Assembly: GCA_965217185.1 (NCBI GenBank)
Contig: OZ244252.1
Location: forward strand, 2,080,001 to 2,144,000
Length of the DNA: 64,000 bases
Direction of reading: 5' to 3'
Source: an uncultured Candidatus Entotheonella sp.
GTDB lineage: Bacteria; Tectomicrobia; Entotheonellia; Entotheonellales; Entotheonellaceae
Made by a program: the position numbers and the translations under genes. Positions 10,569 through 19,958 of this stretch are shown piece by piece. The first letter of the stretch is position 1, and each line of letters opens with the position of its first letter. Below the pieces are notes generated by a model. That model was given only the letters and a program-made list of their open reading frames with translations, made no database searches and was not told where the DNA came from.

Positions 10569-10682
10569 TGCCCGTCAGACCTCCCTTGCTCGGACGCCAC
10601 CGCTTCGGTTCATCGTTGCCAGAAGCCATGTTGGCGAGGGATGCCGGGGGTGTCAAGCTACAGGCCAGCATAGTAGCGGAAT

Positions 10683-10712
10683 GTCGGATTACGCTTCGCT
10701 AATCCGACCTAC
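10683..10712 (-). repeat. GTAG-family REP palindrome
   Basis: GTCGGATTACGCTTCGCTAATCCGACCTAC. Confidence 0.8.
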
Positions 10713-10881
10713 ATTCTGATCCGAAAACGCTCAATCGGTTGCAGGGCTTAACCAGATGACGCCGTATGCGCTCGCCCTGAGCAACAGTCCCACTCCCTTG
10801 ACCTGCACAGGCCGTTCATCCAGAATGCTGACCCGTTGGGCGTCGGAGGCATGGGGTTGAACAGTCAAGGAGGGTGAACGC

Positions 10882-12231
10882 ATGGACAGCCCGTTGCGCG
10901 TGGTGCATTACGTGAATCAGTTCTTTGGCGGTATTGGCGGCGAGGACGCGGCGAACGTTGGGGTGTCGCTCGAAGACGCACCCGTGGGTGCGGGCCGGGC
11001 GCTGCAACAGGCGCTGGGCGACGCGGGCAGCATGATGGGTATGCTGATCTGCGGCGACAATTACTTCAATGAGCAGGAATCGGAGGCCGTGGCTGCCATC
11101 CAGGGGCATCTGGAGGCGCTGAAACCGGACATCCTGGTGGCGGGACCGGCGTTCGGCTCCGGGCGCTACGGGCTGGCCTGCGCCGAGGTCTGTAAAACGG
11201 CGCAGTCGATGGGCATCAAGGCCATCACCGCCATGCACCCGGACAACCCGGGGGCCATGAGCGGCTGGCCGGACGTCGTCATGGTGCCGACCGGCGAAAC
11301 GTCCGCCGACATGCCGCAGGCGCTGGCCGCCATGGTGCGGCTGGCGGGCAAGCTGGGCCGCGGCGAGACGCTCGGACCGGCGGAGGTCGACGGCTACATG
11401 CCGCGCGGCGTGCGGCGCGTGCACGACCGCCAGCGCCCCGGCTACCAGCGCGCCCTCGACATGCTGCTGGCCAAGCTCAAGGATCAGCCGTTCATCACTG
11501 AGGTGCCGATTCACGCGCCGGAAAAGGTCGAACCCGCCATGCCCATCGCCGATCTGTCGGGGGCCACCATCGCCATGGTCACCACCGGCGGCCTGGTGCG
11601 CAAAGGCAACCCGGACAAGCAGGTGGCCGCCAACGCCAGCCGGTATTACCGCCACTCGGTCACCGAGCTGCAAAGCCTCTCCGGCGCCGATTGGGAGGCG
11701 TACCACGCCGGCTATTTCAACCACATCGTCAATTCTAATCCCAACTACATCCTGCCCCTCAACTTCCTGCGCGACCTGGAAGACGACGGCCAAATCGGCG
11801 GCGTCTTCAGTTCCATCTACGCGCTGCCGGGTGTCGCCACGCCGGTTGCCATGTCGTGCGACCTGGGCCGCAGTATCGCCCAGGACCTTGTCAACAGCGG
11901 GGTTGACGGCTGTCTCCTGGTGGCCACGTGAGGCACCTGCAATCGTTGCGGTGCAACGATCGCCAAGGAAATCGAGCGCGCCGGTATCCCCGTCGGCATG
12001 ATCTCCGCCATCTATGACCTCGCCCTCACCACCGGCGCCGTCCGCGTCATCCGCGGCGCGCGCATCGAGCACGTGTGCGGCGATCCGAACCTCGGCCCCG
12101 AGAAGGACTACGCCTACGGCATGCGCATCGTGCGCACCGCCCTCGACGCCATCTGCACGCCGGTGCCCGGCCCGACGCTGTTCGACCCGTTGGAAATGAC
12201 CCCGGAGCAGGAGGTGGCGCATGCGTCTTGA
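10882..12231 (+). CDS. grdB: Glycine/sarcosine/betaine reductase selenoprotein B (GrdB/GrdF/GrdH family), 449 aa, Sec350
   Basis: RVVHYVNQFFGGIGGED and AGPAFGSGRYG motifs. In-frame TGA at 11929-11931 gives LVAT-U-GTCNRCGATIAKEIERAGIP (UxxCxxC) and joins ORFs 10882-11931 and 11998-12231. Confidence 0.92.
11942..11960 (+). promoter_or_regulatory. Candidate bacterial SECIS of grdB
   Basis: Perfect 8-bp hairpin ATCGTTGC-GGT-GCAACGAT starting 11 nt after the UGA. Confidence 0.75.
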
Positions 12232-13510
12232 GATGGGCACCTTCCCCGTTGAGCGCATCACCTTCGGCCCCGAAACCCGCTACGCGGACGGCCACCTGCA
12301 GATCGATAAGGAGGCCGTCGCCGAGGCGGTGCACGCCGACCCGCGCATCGCCAGCGTCGATCTGGAGGTCGCCTATCCCGGCGAGTCCGCCCGCATCTGG
12401 CCGGTGCGCGACGTGATCGAGCCGCGCATCAAGGTGGAAGGCCCCGGCGTCATCTATCCCGGCACCGCCGGGCGCTCCATCACCACAGTGGGCGAAGGCC
12501 GCACGCACCGCCTCGCCGGCATGGGCATCACCGAGGTGTCGAGCGTCAACTGGCACGACGCCGGCGGCGACTTCGTGGAGGTCTACCTTGACATGTCCGG
12601 CCCGTGGTCGGAACTCATCCCGCTGAGCCGGCTCATCCACCTGTGCGCGGTCGTCGAACCCGACCCCGGCCTCGGCAACGAAGCCCAGAACGACGCCGTG
12701 CACAAGGCCGCCCTGGTGGTCAACGATCAGGTCGCCGCGGCGACGCGGCACCTCACCGCGCCGCAGCAGGAAGTGTTCGAGCTGCGCGAGGTCGATCCCG
12801 ACCTTCCCAAAGTGATTTACATCTGGTGCGTGCACTCGCCGCAGGCCATGTCCGGCTCGCCCACGGCGTTCTGCACCACCACCTACGGCCTCACTCAGTT
12901 GACGCCGCCGTGGTTCCTGCACCCCAACGAAATCCTCGATGGCGCCCTCACCGGCCCGTACCGCACGGCGTTCGCCATGTCGTGGACGGTGGCCAATAAT
13001 CCCCTGCTGCTCGACCTGTACCGCCGCCACGGCGTCGACTGGAATTTCCTCGGCGTCATCGCGCTGCGCACCGAGTGGACCACACAGCACGAAAAACAGC
13101 TCATGGCCAACCAGACGGCGAAGCTGGCGAAGCTACTGGGCGCGCAGGGCGCCATGGTTACCTGGGACGCCGGCGGCAACGAGTTCATCGAGGTCGTCCG
13201 CACCATCCAGGCGTGCGAGCAACTGGGCATCAAGACCGTTTTCCTGACCAGCGAGGATGACGCCACCGAGGCCGCCCCGACCATGCTGGAGCCGCTGCCC
13301 GAGGCCAACGCCATCGTCAGCACCAGCTTCTTCAAGACGCGTACGCTGGAGGTGCCCGACCTGCCGCCGGTGGATCGGGTCATCGGCCTGCAGCACAAGG
13401 ATATCGGCCCGCTGCGCGACCAGCGCGTGCCGGCCGCCGGGCAACTGCCGCCGCCGCCGCGCCACGACGACCACTATGGCTTTACCAGCATGAGTTGTAT
13501 CGAGTACTGA
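12221..13510 (+). CDS. grdE: Reductase component B partner subunit (GrdE/GrdG/GrdI family)
   Basis: MRLEMGTFPV, PVRDVIEPRIKV, VGEGRTHRLAG, HPNEILDGA, ACEQLGIKTV; overlaps the grdB stop. Confidence 0.85.
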   Translation: MRLEMGTFPVERITFGPETRYADGHLQIDKEAVAEAVHADPRIASVDLEVAYPGESARIWPVRDVIEPRIKVEGPGVIYPGTAGRSITTVGEGRTHRLAGMGITEVSSVNWHDAGGDFVEVYLDMSGPWSELIPLSRLIHLCAVVEPDPGLGNEAQNDAVHKAALVVNDQVAAATRHLTAPQQEVFELREVDPDLPKVIYIWCVHSPQAMSGSPTAFCTTTYGLTQLTPPWFLHPNEILDGALTGPYRTAFAMSWTVANNPLLLDLYRRHGVDWNFLGVIALRTEWTTQHEKQLMANQTAKLAKLLGAQGAMVTWDAGGNEFIEVVRTIQACEQLGIKTVFLTSEDDATEAAPTMLEPLPEANAIVSTSFFKTRTLEVPDLPPVDRVIGLQHKDIGPLRDQRVPAAGQLPPPPRHDDHYGFTSMSCIEY

Positions 13511-13539
13511 CCGCGCCGTCCGACGCCCGAGGAACACGC

Positions 13540-14988
13540 ATGCAGCAGATGACAGCGCAGCCCGTCATCCGGGGGGTGCGATTCTTCCTGGCCCACACCC
13601 CCGGGCTGGTACGCTACGGCTCCAAGCCCAGCCGCGACATCGACCGCGACCCAGCGGTGACCGATACCCTGCAAGCCCACCTGCGCGGCTACGCCGACGC
13701 CGTGACCTATCCGCCCAACCAAGCCTTCCTCGGTGCCATCCACCCGGACGCTCTCGCCAACCTGTCGACACCGTGGTTCCGGCATACCGGCTGCGGCGAG
13801 CGCTGGGCGCCGCACGGCGAGATCATGCCTGAGGAGGAGTTCTACGGCTGGCTGAAAATCGCCGACGCTTTCAATTTGGTCAGCCTGGAAGCGGGCTTCG
13901 TCGGGTCCGTCCGCCACGCGCTGGCTGCCCATCCGCTGTGCGCGCCGGCTGACCTGGAGCATTTGGGAACGGGCGTTTCGCAGGCCGAGCTCGACGCCCG
14001 ACTGGCGGGCGACATGCCCGCCCTGCCGCTCTTCCTGCGCGACGGCTCCCGTATCGGCTGTTTCTACGCCGCCCACGAGGTAGACACTTCGCTCGCTGCC
14101 GACGTGCTGCTCGAAAACCTGGCCTGCAAGACGACCGCCGTCCTGGCCATGCGCACGCTGCTGGCTCAGGAGCGTGTCGACCCGATGGACGTTCCCTACG
14201 TGCTCAACAGCGGCGAGGAGGCGGTGGGCGACCGCTACCAGCGCGGCGGCGGCAACCTGGCCAAGGCGGTGGCGGAAATGAGCGGCTGCCAAGCGGCAAC
14301 CGGCGTGGATATCAAGGGCTTCTGCTGCGGCCCGCTGCACGCCTTGGCCATCGCCGGCGGCCTGGTCAGCGCCCGCGTGTTTCCGCACGTTGTCGTGGTC
14401 GGCGGCTGCGCCCTGTCCAAATTGGGCATGAAGTACCGCGGCCACGTGCAGCACGACCAGCCCATCCTGGAGGACGTGCTGGCAGCGGTGGCCATTCTGG
14501 TCAGCAGCGACGACGGTGCATCGCCCAAGCTTCGCCTGGACTCCCTGGGCCGCCACACCGTGGCCGCCGGGTCGTCGCAGAAGGCCATTTTCGAGCAACT
14601 CGTCAGCGAGCCTCTGCAGCGCCTGGGACTGAGCTTCGGCGACATCGACAAATACGCCACCGAGCTGCACAACCCGGAGGTCACCGAGCCGGCGGGCAGC
14701 GGCAACGTGCCGCTGCTCAACTACCGCGTCATCGCCGGCCTGGCGGCGATGGGCAAGCAGATCACCCCCGCGCAGGTGCCGGATTTCGTCGCCGCACACG
14801 GCATGCCCGGCTTTTCACCCACGCAGGGTCACATCGCCTCGGCGGTGCCCTTTCTCGGCCACGCCGTGGACGGCTTGCGCGGCGGCGACCTGCAGCGCGT
14901 GCTGCTGCTCGCCAAGGGCAGCTTGTTCCTCGGCCGTATGACGCAGATGGCCGACGGCGTGTCATTGCTTTTGGAGCGCAATGGTTAG
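13540..14988 (+). CDS. grdC: Reductase component C large subunit (FabH-like)
   Basis: LVRYGSKP, LLENLACK, EEAVGDRYQRGGGNLAKAVAE, ELHNPEVTEPAG, GFSPTQGHI, KGSLFLGRMT. Confidence 0.9.
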   Translation: MQQMTAQPVIRGVRFFLAHTPGLVRYGSKPSRDIDRDPAVTDTLQAHLRGYADAVTYPPNQAFLGAIHPDALANLSTPWFRHTGCGERWAPHGEIMPEEEFYGWLKIADAFNLVSLEAGFVGSVRHALAAHPLCAPADLEHLGTGVSQAELDARLAGDMPALPLFLRDGSRIGCFYAAHEVDTSLAADVLLENLACKTTAVLAMRTLLAQERVDPMDVPYVLNSGEEAVGDRYQRGGGNLAKAVAEMSGCQAATGVDIKGFCCGPLHALAIAGGLVSARVFPHVVVVGGCALSKLGMKYRGHVQHDQPILEDVLAAVAILVSSDDGASPKLRLDSLGRHTVAAGSSQKAIFEQLVSEPLQRLGLSFGDIDKYATELHNPEVTEPAGSGNVPLLNYRVIAGLAAMGKQITPAQVPDFVAAHGMPGFSPTQGHIASAVPFLGHAVDGLRGGDLQRVLLLAKGSLFLGRMTQMADGVSLLLERNG

Positions 14989-15011
14989 AGCATTTGTGTA
15001 TCTGTTCGCAG

Positions 15012-15128
15012 TCCCCCCTCCCTAGTAGCCCTCCCCCATGGAGGGGGGAGGGGATCAAGAGGCTGGTTTTCCCCTGAAATGGGGTTTTACTCCCTCTCCC
15101 CTGGTGGGAGAGGGTTGGGGTGAGGGGG
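15012..15128. repeat. Inverted pair of CCC/GGG REP-like palindromes (type A plus type B)
   Basis: Type B reads CCCCTCACCCCAACCCTCTCCC-N-GGGAGAGGG on the minus strand; same arrangement at 38720-38836. Confidence 0.7.
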
Positions 15129-15204
15129 AAAGTCCCGGCCTGCAAACCGTTTTGACCCGAACGTGTTCCAGACGAAAACAGACAACCCAATAAGGAGATG
15201 CATC

Positions 15205-15675
15205 ATGCAACTGCAAGGTAAGAAAATCATCGCCTTGGGCGAGCGCGACGGCATCCAGGGCAGCGCCATTGCGCAATGCACGGCCAGCGCCGGCGCCGAG
15301 GTGGTGCTGGAAGTGACCCACTGCTTCGTTTGAACGGCCGCCGGCGCCCTTGACCTGGAAGGTCAGGAGGAGATCAAGCGGGTGGCCGAGCAATACCCGC
15401 GCGAGGACATGGTGGTGGTGCTGGGCACGCCGACCGCCGAAAGCAGCCGCCTGTACGCCCTGACGGTGACCGAGGGCGATCCCTCGTGGGCCGGCGCCCT
15501 GGCCGGCACGTCGCTGGGACTGCTCGTCTACCACGTCACCGAGGAAGCCATCAAATGCCAGGTGTCGCCCGAGGTGTATGAGGAGCAGGTGACGCTGATG
15601 GAAATGGTGCTCGACGTGGCCGACATCGCCGACGCCGTGCAGGGCGTGCGGGACGGCAGCGCTCCAGTCGTATAG
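15205..15675 (+). CDS. grdA: Reductase selenoprotein A, 156 aa, Sec43
   Basis: AAGGAG RBS; MQLQGKKIIALGERDGI...THCFV-U-TAAGALDLE (CxxU, TGA 15331-15333); TVTEGDPSWAGALAG. Confidence 0.93.
15349..15367 (+). promoter_or_regulatory. Candidate SECIS of grdA
   Basis: CTTGACCT-GGA-AGGTCAGG hairpin (8 bp, one G-U pair). Confidence 0.7.
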
Positions 15676-15723
15676 CCCAAATGCCCGTCCTGTGCGAAGG
15701 GAGGGGTTGGGGAAGGGGCCCCT

Positions 15724-16194
15724 GTGGCCGAAATAAAACGCTGCTGGCTGATGAAATCGGAGCCGACCGTCTACTCGATCGACGACCTGCAGCGCGACGG
15801 CTCGACGTCCTGGGAGGGCGTGCGCAACTACCAGGCGCGTAACTTCATGCGCGACGACATGCGGCTCGGCGACGACGTGCTCTTCTACCACAGCAACGCC
15901 AAGCCCATGGGTATCTACGGCGTCGCTGAAGTGGTGCGCGAGGCCTATCCCGACGACACCGCCTTCGACCCGACCAGCCGCTATCACGACTCGAAAAGCG
16001 ACCCGGCACAGCCGACCTGGCTGATGGTTGACGTCGGTTACGTGCGCACCTTCAAGACGCCCATCACCTTGGCGGCGCTGAAGGAAATCCCCGGTCTGGA
16101 AGCGATGATGGTGATCCGCAAGGGCAGCCGCCTGTCGGTGCAGCCGGTGACGCCGCAGGAGTGGGACATCATCATGCGTATCGCAGCAGAATGA
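15724..16194 (+). CDS. EVE domain protein
   Basis: WLMKSEP, WEGVRNYQARNFMRD, FYHS, RLSVQPV. Confidence 0.93.
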   Translation: MAEIKRCWLMKSEPTVYSIDDLQRDGSTSWEGVRNYQARNFMRDDMRLGDDVLFYHSNAKPMGIYGVAEVVREAYPDDTAFDPTSRYHDSKSDPAQPTWLMVDVGYVRTFKTPITLAALKEIPGLEAMMVIRKGSRLSVQPVTPQEWDIIMRIAAE

Positions 16195-16207
16195 GGCCCA
16201 CCCACCG

Positions 16208-16762
16208 ATGGACGTGCTGATCTCGCGCCAGCGTATTGACGAAGCAGTGACACGGCTGGCCGGCGAGATTCGCCGCGACTACGCCGCCGGACCGCCGGTG
16301 CTGGTCGGCGTGCTGCACGGCGCCTTCGTGTTCCTGGCCGATCTTGCGCGGGCGCTCGAACTGCCTGTGGAGATCAGCTTCGTGGGGCTGTCCAGCTACG
16401 GCAGCGACACGGTCAGCAGCGGTCAAATGGAGGTCTTTCACGAACTGCGCGCCGACATCACTGGCCGCGACGTGGTGCTTGTCGAGGACATCGTCGACAG
16501 CGGCCATTCCGTCACCTACCTGTGCGACTACCTGCGGCAACGGCGCCCCGCCTCCCTGCGCATCTGTAGCCTCCTGGACAAACCGGCCCGCCGCGAGGTG
16601 CCTGTTGACATCGACTACCGCGGCTTTACCATCCCCAACCTGTTCATCGTCGGCTACGGCATGGACTTTAACGGGCAATACCGCCACCTGCCGGACATCC
16701 GCGTTTTGGAAGGAACCCCTACCCCTCCGCCACCCGCACGTGCTGAATCACGTGCGCGGTGA
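16208..16762 (+). CDS. hpt: Hypoxanthine phosphoribosyltransferase
   Basis: GVLHGAFVFLADL, LVEDIVDSG, LLDKPARR, FIVGYGMD. Confidence 0.92.
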   Translation: MDVLISRQRIDEAVTRLAGEIRRDYAAGPPVLVGVLHGAFVFLADLARALELPVEISFVGLSSYGSDTVSSGQMEVFHELRADITGRDVVLVEDIVDSGHSVTYLCDYLRQRRPASLRICSLLDKPARREVPVDIDYRGFTIPNLFIVGYGMDFNGQYRHLPDIRVLEGTPTPPPPARAESRAR

Positions 16763-17027
16763 GCCACTCGAACAACACCTCCTGCTCCTCGGACAGCTCG
16801 ATGCTCGCCGGGCGCTCCTCGGACAGCGGCGACACCAACTCGAACACGCCGTCCGCCATCCACTCGGCGGCCTGCTCGGCGTCGATCCAATAGTCTTTCG
16901 GCCCCAGCGGCGGCACCTGCGGCTCGTCCGGCGGCGTCATGAAGTACACCAGTTGGGAACGCAGGCGGTCGGAAATATCGAGGGGCGGAGCGGCGGAATT
17001 GTCCATGGGCAACAGTCGATACGGCAT
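16719..17027 (-). CDS. Small acidic hypothetical protein
   Basis: AGGAGG RBS upstream; protein-like composition (QLVYFMT, DGVFELVSPL); convergent overlap with the hpt 3' end. Confidence 0.65.
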   Translation of the reverse strand: MPYRLLPMDNSAAPPLDISDRLRSQLVYFMTPPDEPQVPPLGPKDYWIDAEQAAEWMADGVFELVSPLSEERPASIELSEEQEVLFEWLTAHVIQHVRVAEG

Positions 17028-17078
17028 GCGGGCCTCCTGTCATTCCGGCAAGGACTTTTGGCGTCCTCGTATCAATAT

Positions 17079-17108
17079 GTAGGTCGGATTAGCGCAGCGT
17101 AATCCGAC
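17079..17108 (+). repeat. GTAG-family REP palindrome
   Basis: GTAGGTCGGATTAGCGCAGCGTAATCCGAC. Confidence 0.8.
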
Positions 17109-17170
17109 ATTCCGACGCGCTGGACGCCGGTTCAAGACCGGCGCGTCTGATGCCCCCCAAAACCGATGCC

Positions 17171-19522
17171 TCAGGATGCCGGCAGCAGACGCTGGCGGGT
17201 TTTGGCTGCGGCCGTGATGTCGTCCCACTCCCACAACTGCGGGATGGTTTCGACGTCGGCCCACAGGGCGGCCTGGTCGGCGTAATGGGGGCTGCCGGGA
17301 TGGCCCGAGGCACCCAGCGGCACGATCCAGCGGGAACGGCTCCAGTCGGCGGGGTCGTGGATGTAGCGGTTCACGGACAGCGCGGTCAGGACGAAACGCT
17401 CCGCGCCCCAACTACTGCCCTGCAGCGGCGTGTCGCCGTCGCCACCGGCGGGAATCTGCGGCGGATTGAGCAGGTCGGCGCAATCGGGGAAGACGCGCGA
17501 CAGCGGGTGCTGCGGCCGGGTGCGGTGCAGCGTGCTCCACTGCCAAGTCTGCATATCGTCGCCGAGGCGTTGGCGCAGGTCGGTGACGGCGCGCTGCAGA
17601 GCGGCCTGCAGGCATTGCGGCCAGGTCTGGCCGGCCGGCAGGGGCGCGGGGTCATTCGCCGCCATGGCGTGGACGGCGCGGGTATAGAGTTGCAGGGCGT
17701 GCGTCGGGCCGCCGCGGCCGGTGCCGGCGGTGCCGATGGCTTCGTCGGCGAACGGGCCGAGGGCGGTGTTGAGAACATCTTCCAGCCAGCAGGCGCGCAG
17801 GGTAGCGTAGGTCGTTGCGGCGACCGAATCGCGGTCCATGCGGCAATCCCAGGCCAGCAACCGGTCGCGCGCTTCGGCGACTTGGGGATCGGCTGGCGGC
17901 GGCGTTTGTGCGAGCACCTGCAGGCATATTTGCGCCGGGTGCGACAGGCGGTCGGCGTGCACCGCTGCCATTTCCGCCACCGTGGCGGCGCCGGGCGCCA
18001 GTTCCTGCAGCCGGGCCGTGACTCGCCGGGCGCGTGTGTCGGCGCCGAAGTAGGTATTGATGTAGTACGGATAATCCGCAGGCGTCACGCCCTGATTGCA
18101 GGTGACGACGTAGCCGGCGGACGGGTTGCGGGTCTGCGGCATGTCCTCGAATGGGATGTTGCCCCGCCATTCGTGCCGGCCGTCCCAGCCGGGCACCGCG
18201 GTCCAGGCGTTGGCCATGGGACGGATGGGGATGCGCCCGCGGTAGCGGTAGCCGAACTCGCCGTGCACGTCGGCGTAGACGAAATTGTTCACCGGCTCCG
18301 TCCAGGGGCGCAACGCTTCCTCGGCCTCGTCTGCCGAGCGCGCCCGCAGCAGATCGTACAGCGTGTTGACCCACGGAGTGCCGCTGTTGGTACCGGGATG
18401 GCTGAAGGCGAGGCCGTGTCCGGCAAGCGGGTCGCCGGCAATGATGGGGCCATGGCGGGTCGCCACCACTTGCAAGGCTTCCGGCCCAGCGCCGCGCGCG
18501 TGCAGGGTCTCGTCGGCAACCTCGGCGGGTTGCCAATCCTCCTGCCAGGCGTATTCGAGCGTGCCGTTGCGGCTGCGGAAGCGCTCGATGAACAGGTCCT
18601 GATAGTCCGCGTAGCCGTGCGTCATGCCCCAGGCGACGTGTTCGTTGTGGCTGAAGTGTGGGGCACCCGGAACACCGGGCAGGGCGTAGCCGCTGACGCG
18701 GAAGGACGGGCAGGCCACGTGCACCTGATAGTAGACGTTCGGCGTGTCGAGGGCGCGGTGCGAATCCCCCGCCACCAGCGGCAAGCCGGAAGCCGTGCGG
18801 TCGCCGGAAATCACCCAGGCGTTGCTGCCCGCGTCCACCTCGCCCAGCCAGTTGCAAGCGGCCGTCGCGGCGGCCAATTCGTCGAGACACGACAATGGCG
18901 GCCCGTCGTACGCCTCGCCCGGCGGCACCGTCACCAGACTGCCCTGCGGATAGCCCTGGAACAGTGCCGCGGCGCGCTCGACGCCGAGCCCGAGGGCCAG
19001 CCGCAGCCGCCACAACTTCATCTCGAACGTTCCCATCAGCATGTTGCGGACCTTGTACACCGCCAAGCAGTGCCACGGCTCCCACGGCTCCGGGGTTGTC
19101 GGCAGCAGCGTGTATTCGACCGGCAACGTGCGGGTGCTGGCGAGGAAGGCGTTCACCCCATCGCTGTAGGCCGTGAGCATGTCCCGGGCAGCACTGCTCG
19201 TTACCTCGAAGTCCATGCGCGCCGCCCGCTCGACGCGAAACCGCCGCATCAGCCGATCCTCCGGCAACGCACCCGGCCCGGCGAACTCCGCCCAGCGACC
19301 CAGCGCCCGGTGACGGTCGCAATCCATGTGCCACAGGCGGTCCTGAGCCATCACGAGGCCTTGCGCGAAGAATGTGTCGTGCTCATTGGCCGCCCGCAAG
19401 TGCGGCACGCCCCAGCGGTCGCGGCAGACCTCCACCGGATTTTCCAGGCCGGAAAGCTTCAGCGTCGAGGTCACGTCGGGCAGGGCATTTTGTAAATCGG
19501 ACGGCGTCAATCGGCGGGACAT
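17171..19522 (-). CDS. Penicillin acylase family Ntn-hydrolase (no signal peptide)
   Basis: RDRWGVPH, AQDRLWHMD, GSNAWVISG (Ser nucleophile), GASGHPGSPHYADQ. Confidence 0.92.
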   Translation of the reverse strand: MSRRLTPSDLQNALPDVTSTLKLSGLENPVEVCRDRWGVPHLRAANEHDTFFAQGLVMAQDRLWHMDCDRHRALGRWAEFAGPGALPEDRLMRRFRVERAARMDFEVTSSAARDMLTAYSDGVNAFLASTRTLPVEYTLLPTTPEPWEPWHCLAVYKVRNMLMGTFEMKLWRLRLALGLGVERAAALFQGYPQGSLVTVPPGEAYDGPPLSCLDELAAATAACNWLGEVDAGSNAWVISGDRTASGLPLVAGDSHRALDTPNVYYQVHVACPSFRVSGYALPGVPGAPHFSHNEHVAWGMTHGYADYQDLFIERFRSRNGTLEYAWQEDWQPAEVADETLHARGAGPEALQVVATRHGPIIAGDPLAGHGLAFSHPGTNSGTPWVNTLYDLLRARSADEAEEALRPWTEPVNNFVYADVHGEFGYRYRGRIPIRPMANAWTAVPGWDGRHEWRGNIPFEDMPQTRNPSAGYVVTCNQGVTPADYPYYINTYFGADTRARRVTARLQELAPGAATVAEMAAVHADRLSHPAQICLQVLAQTPPPADPQVAEARDRLLAWDCRMDRDSVAATTYATLRACWLEDVLNTALGPFADEAIGTAGTGRGGPTHALQLYTRAVHAMAANDPAPLPAGQTWPQCLQAALQRAVTDLRQRLGDDMQTWQWSTLHRTRPQHPLSRVFPDCADLLNPPQIPAGGDGDTPLQGSSWGAERFVLTALSVNRYIHDPADWSRSRWIVPLGASGHPGSPHYADQAALWADVETIPQLWEWDDITAAAKTRQRLLPAS

Positions 19523-19884
19523 CGGGACCTCCGGGCCAATGGAATGGGGGTGGATGCAAGACCAGCGATGCTACTTCAGACAGGACCAACCCACAGGCAC
19601 GCCGTCGCCCGGTATGAGTCCAGGCGGGTTCCGTATTGCACCCGCAGAATGCAATCGTCCACCAATCAGCCCCAGATTGGCAGAATGTCAATCCGACAAA
19701 AAAGCCGGTTTGGGCTACGATGCGTGCTTCCAGTTCCGTGCATAGACGACAATATCGTCAGATCGTTCCAGCCTTGTCTTACCGTCCTGAGCACCCGTCT
19801 AGCTCTCTGGTGAAGACGTGCAATCCTTTATTTTGTATAGACATGGAGATGCTTCTCAATCGTACCCGGGACTGGCGACACGTA

Positions 19885-19899
19885 TGGCATGACTTTTGC
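19885..19899 (+). promoter_or_regulatory. Sigma-54 (-24/-12) promoter upstream of the amidase
   Basis: TGGCATG-ACTT-TTGC matches TGGCACG-N4-TTGC with one mismatch and exact spacing, 60 nt before the ATG. Confidence 0.7.
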
Positions 19900-19958
19900 G
19901 TTAGGTTGGTATGTGAACTATCTGAAACACCCAAGACTTTCCCTAACGAGAGGATGCC

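Noticed and set aside
11929..11931. grdB, grdA and the rhodanese as nonsense pseudogenes
   Set aside because: All three stops are UGA at catalytic Cys/Sec positions with a downstream hairpin, so Sec recoding is the better explanation
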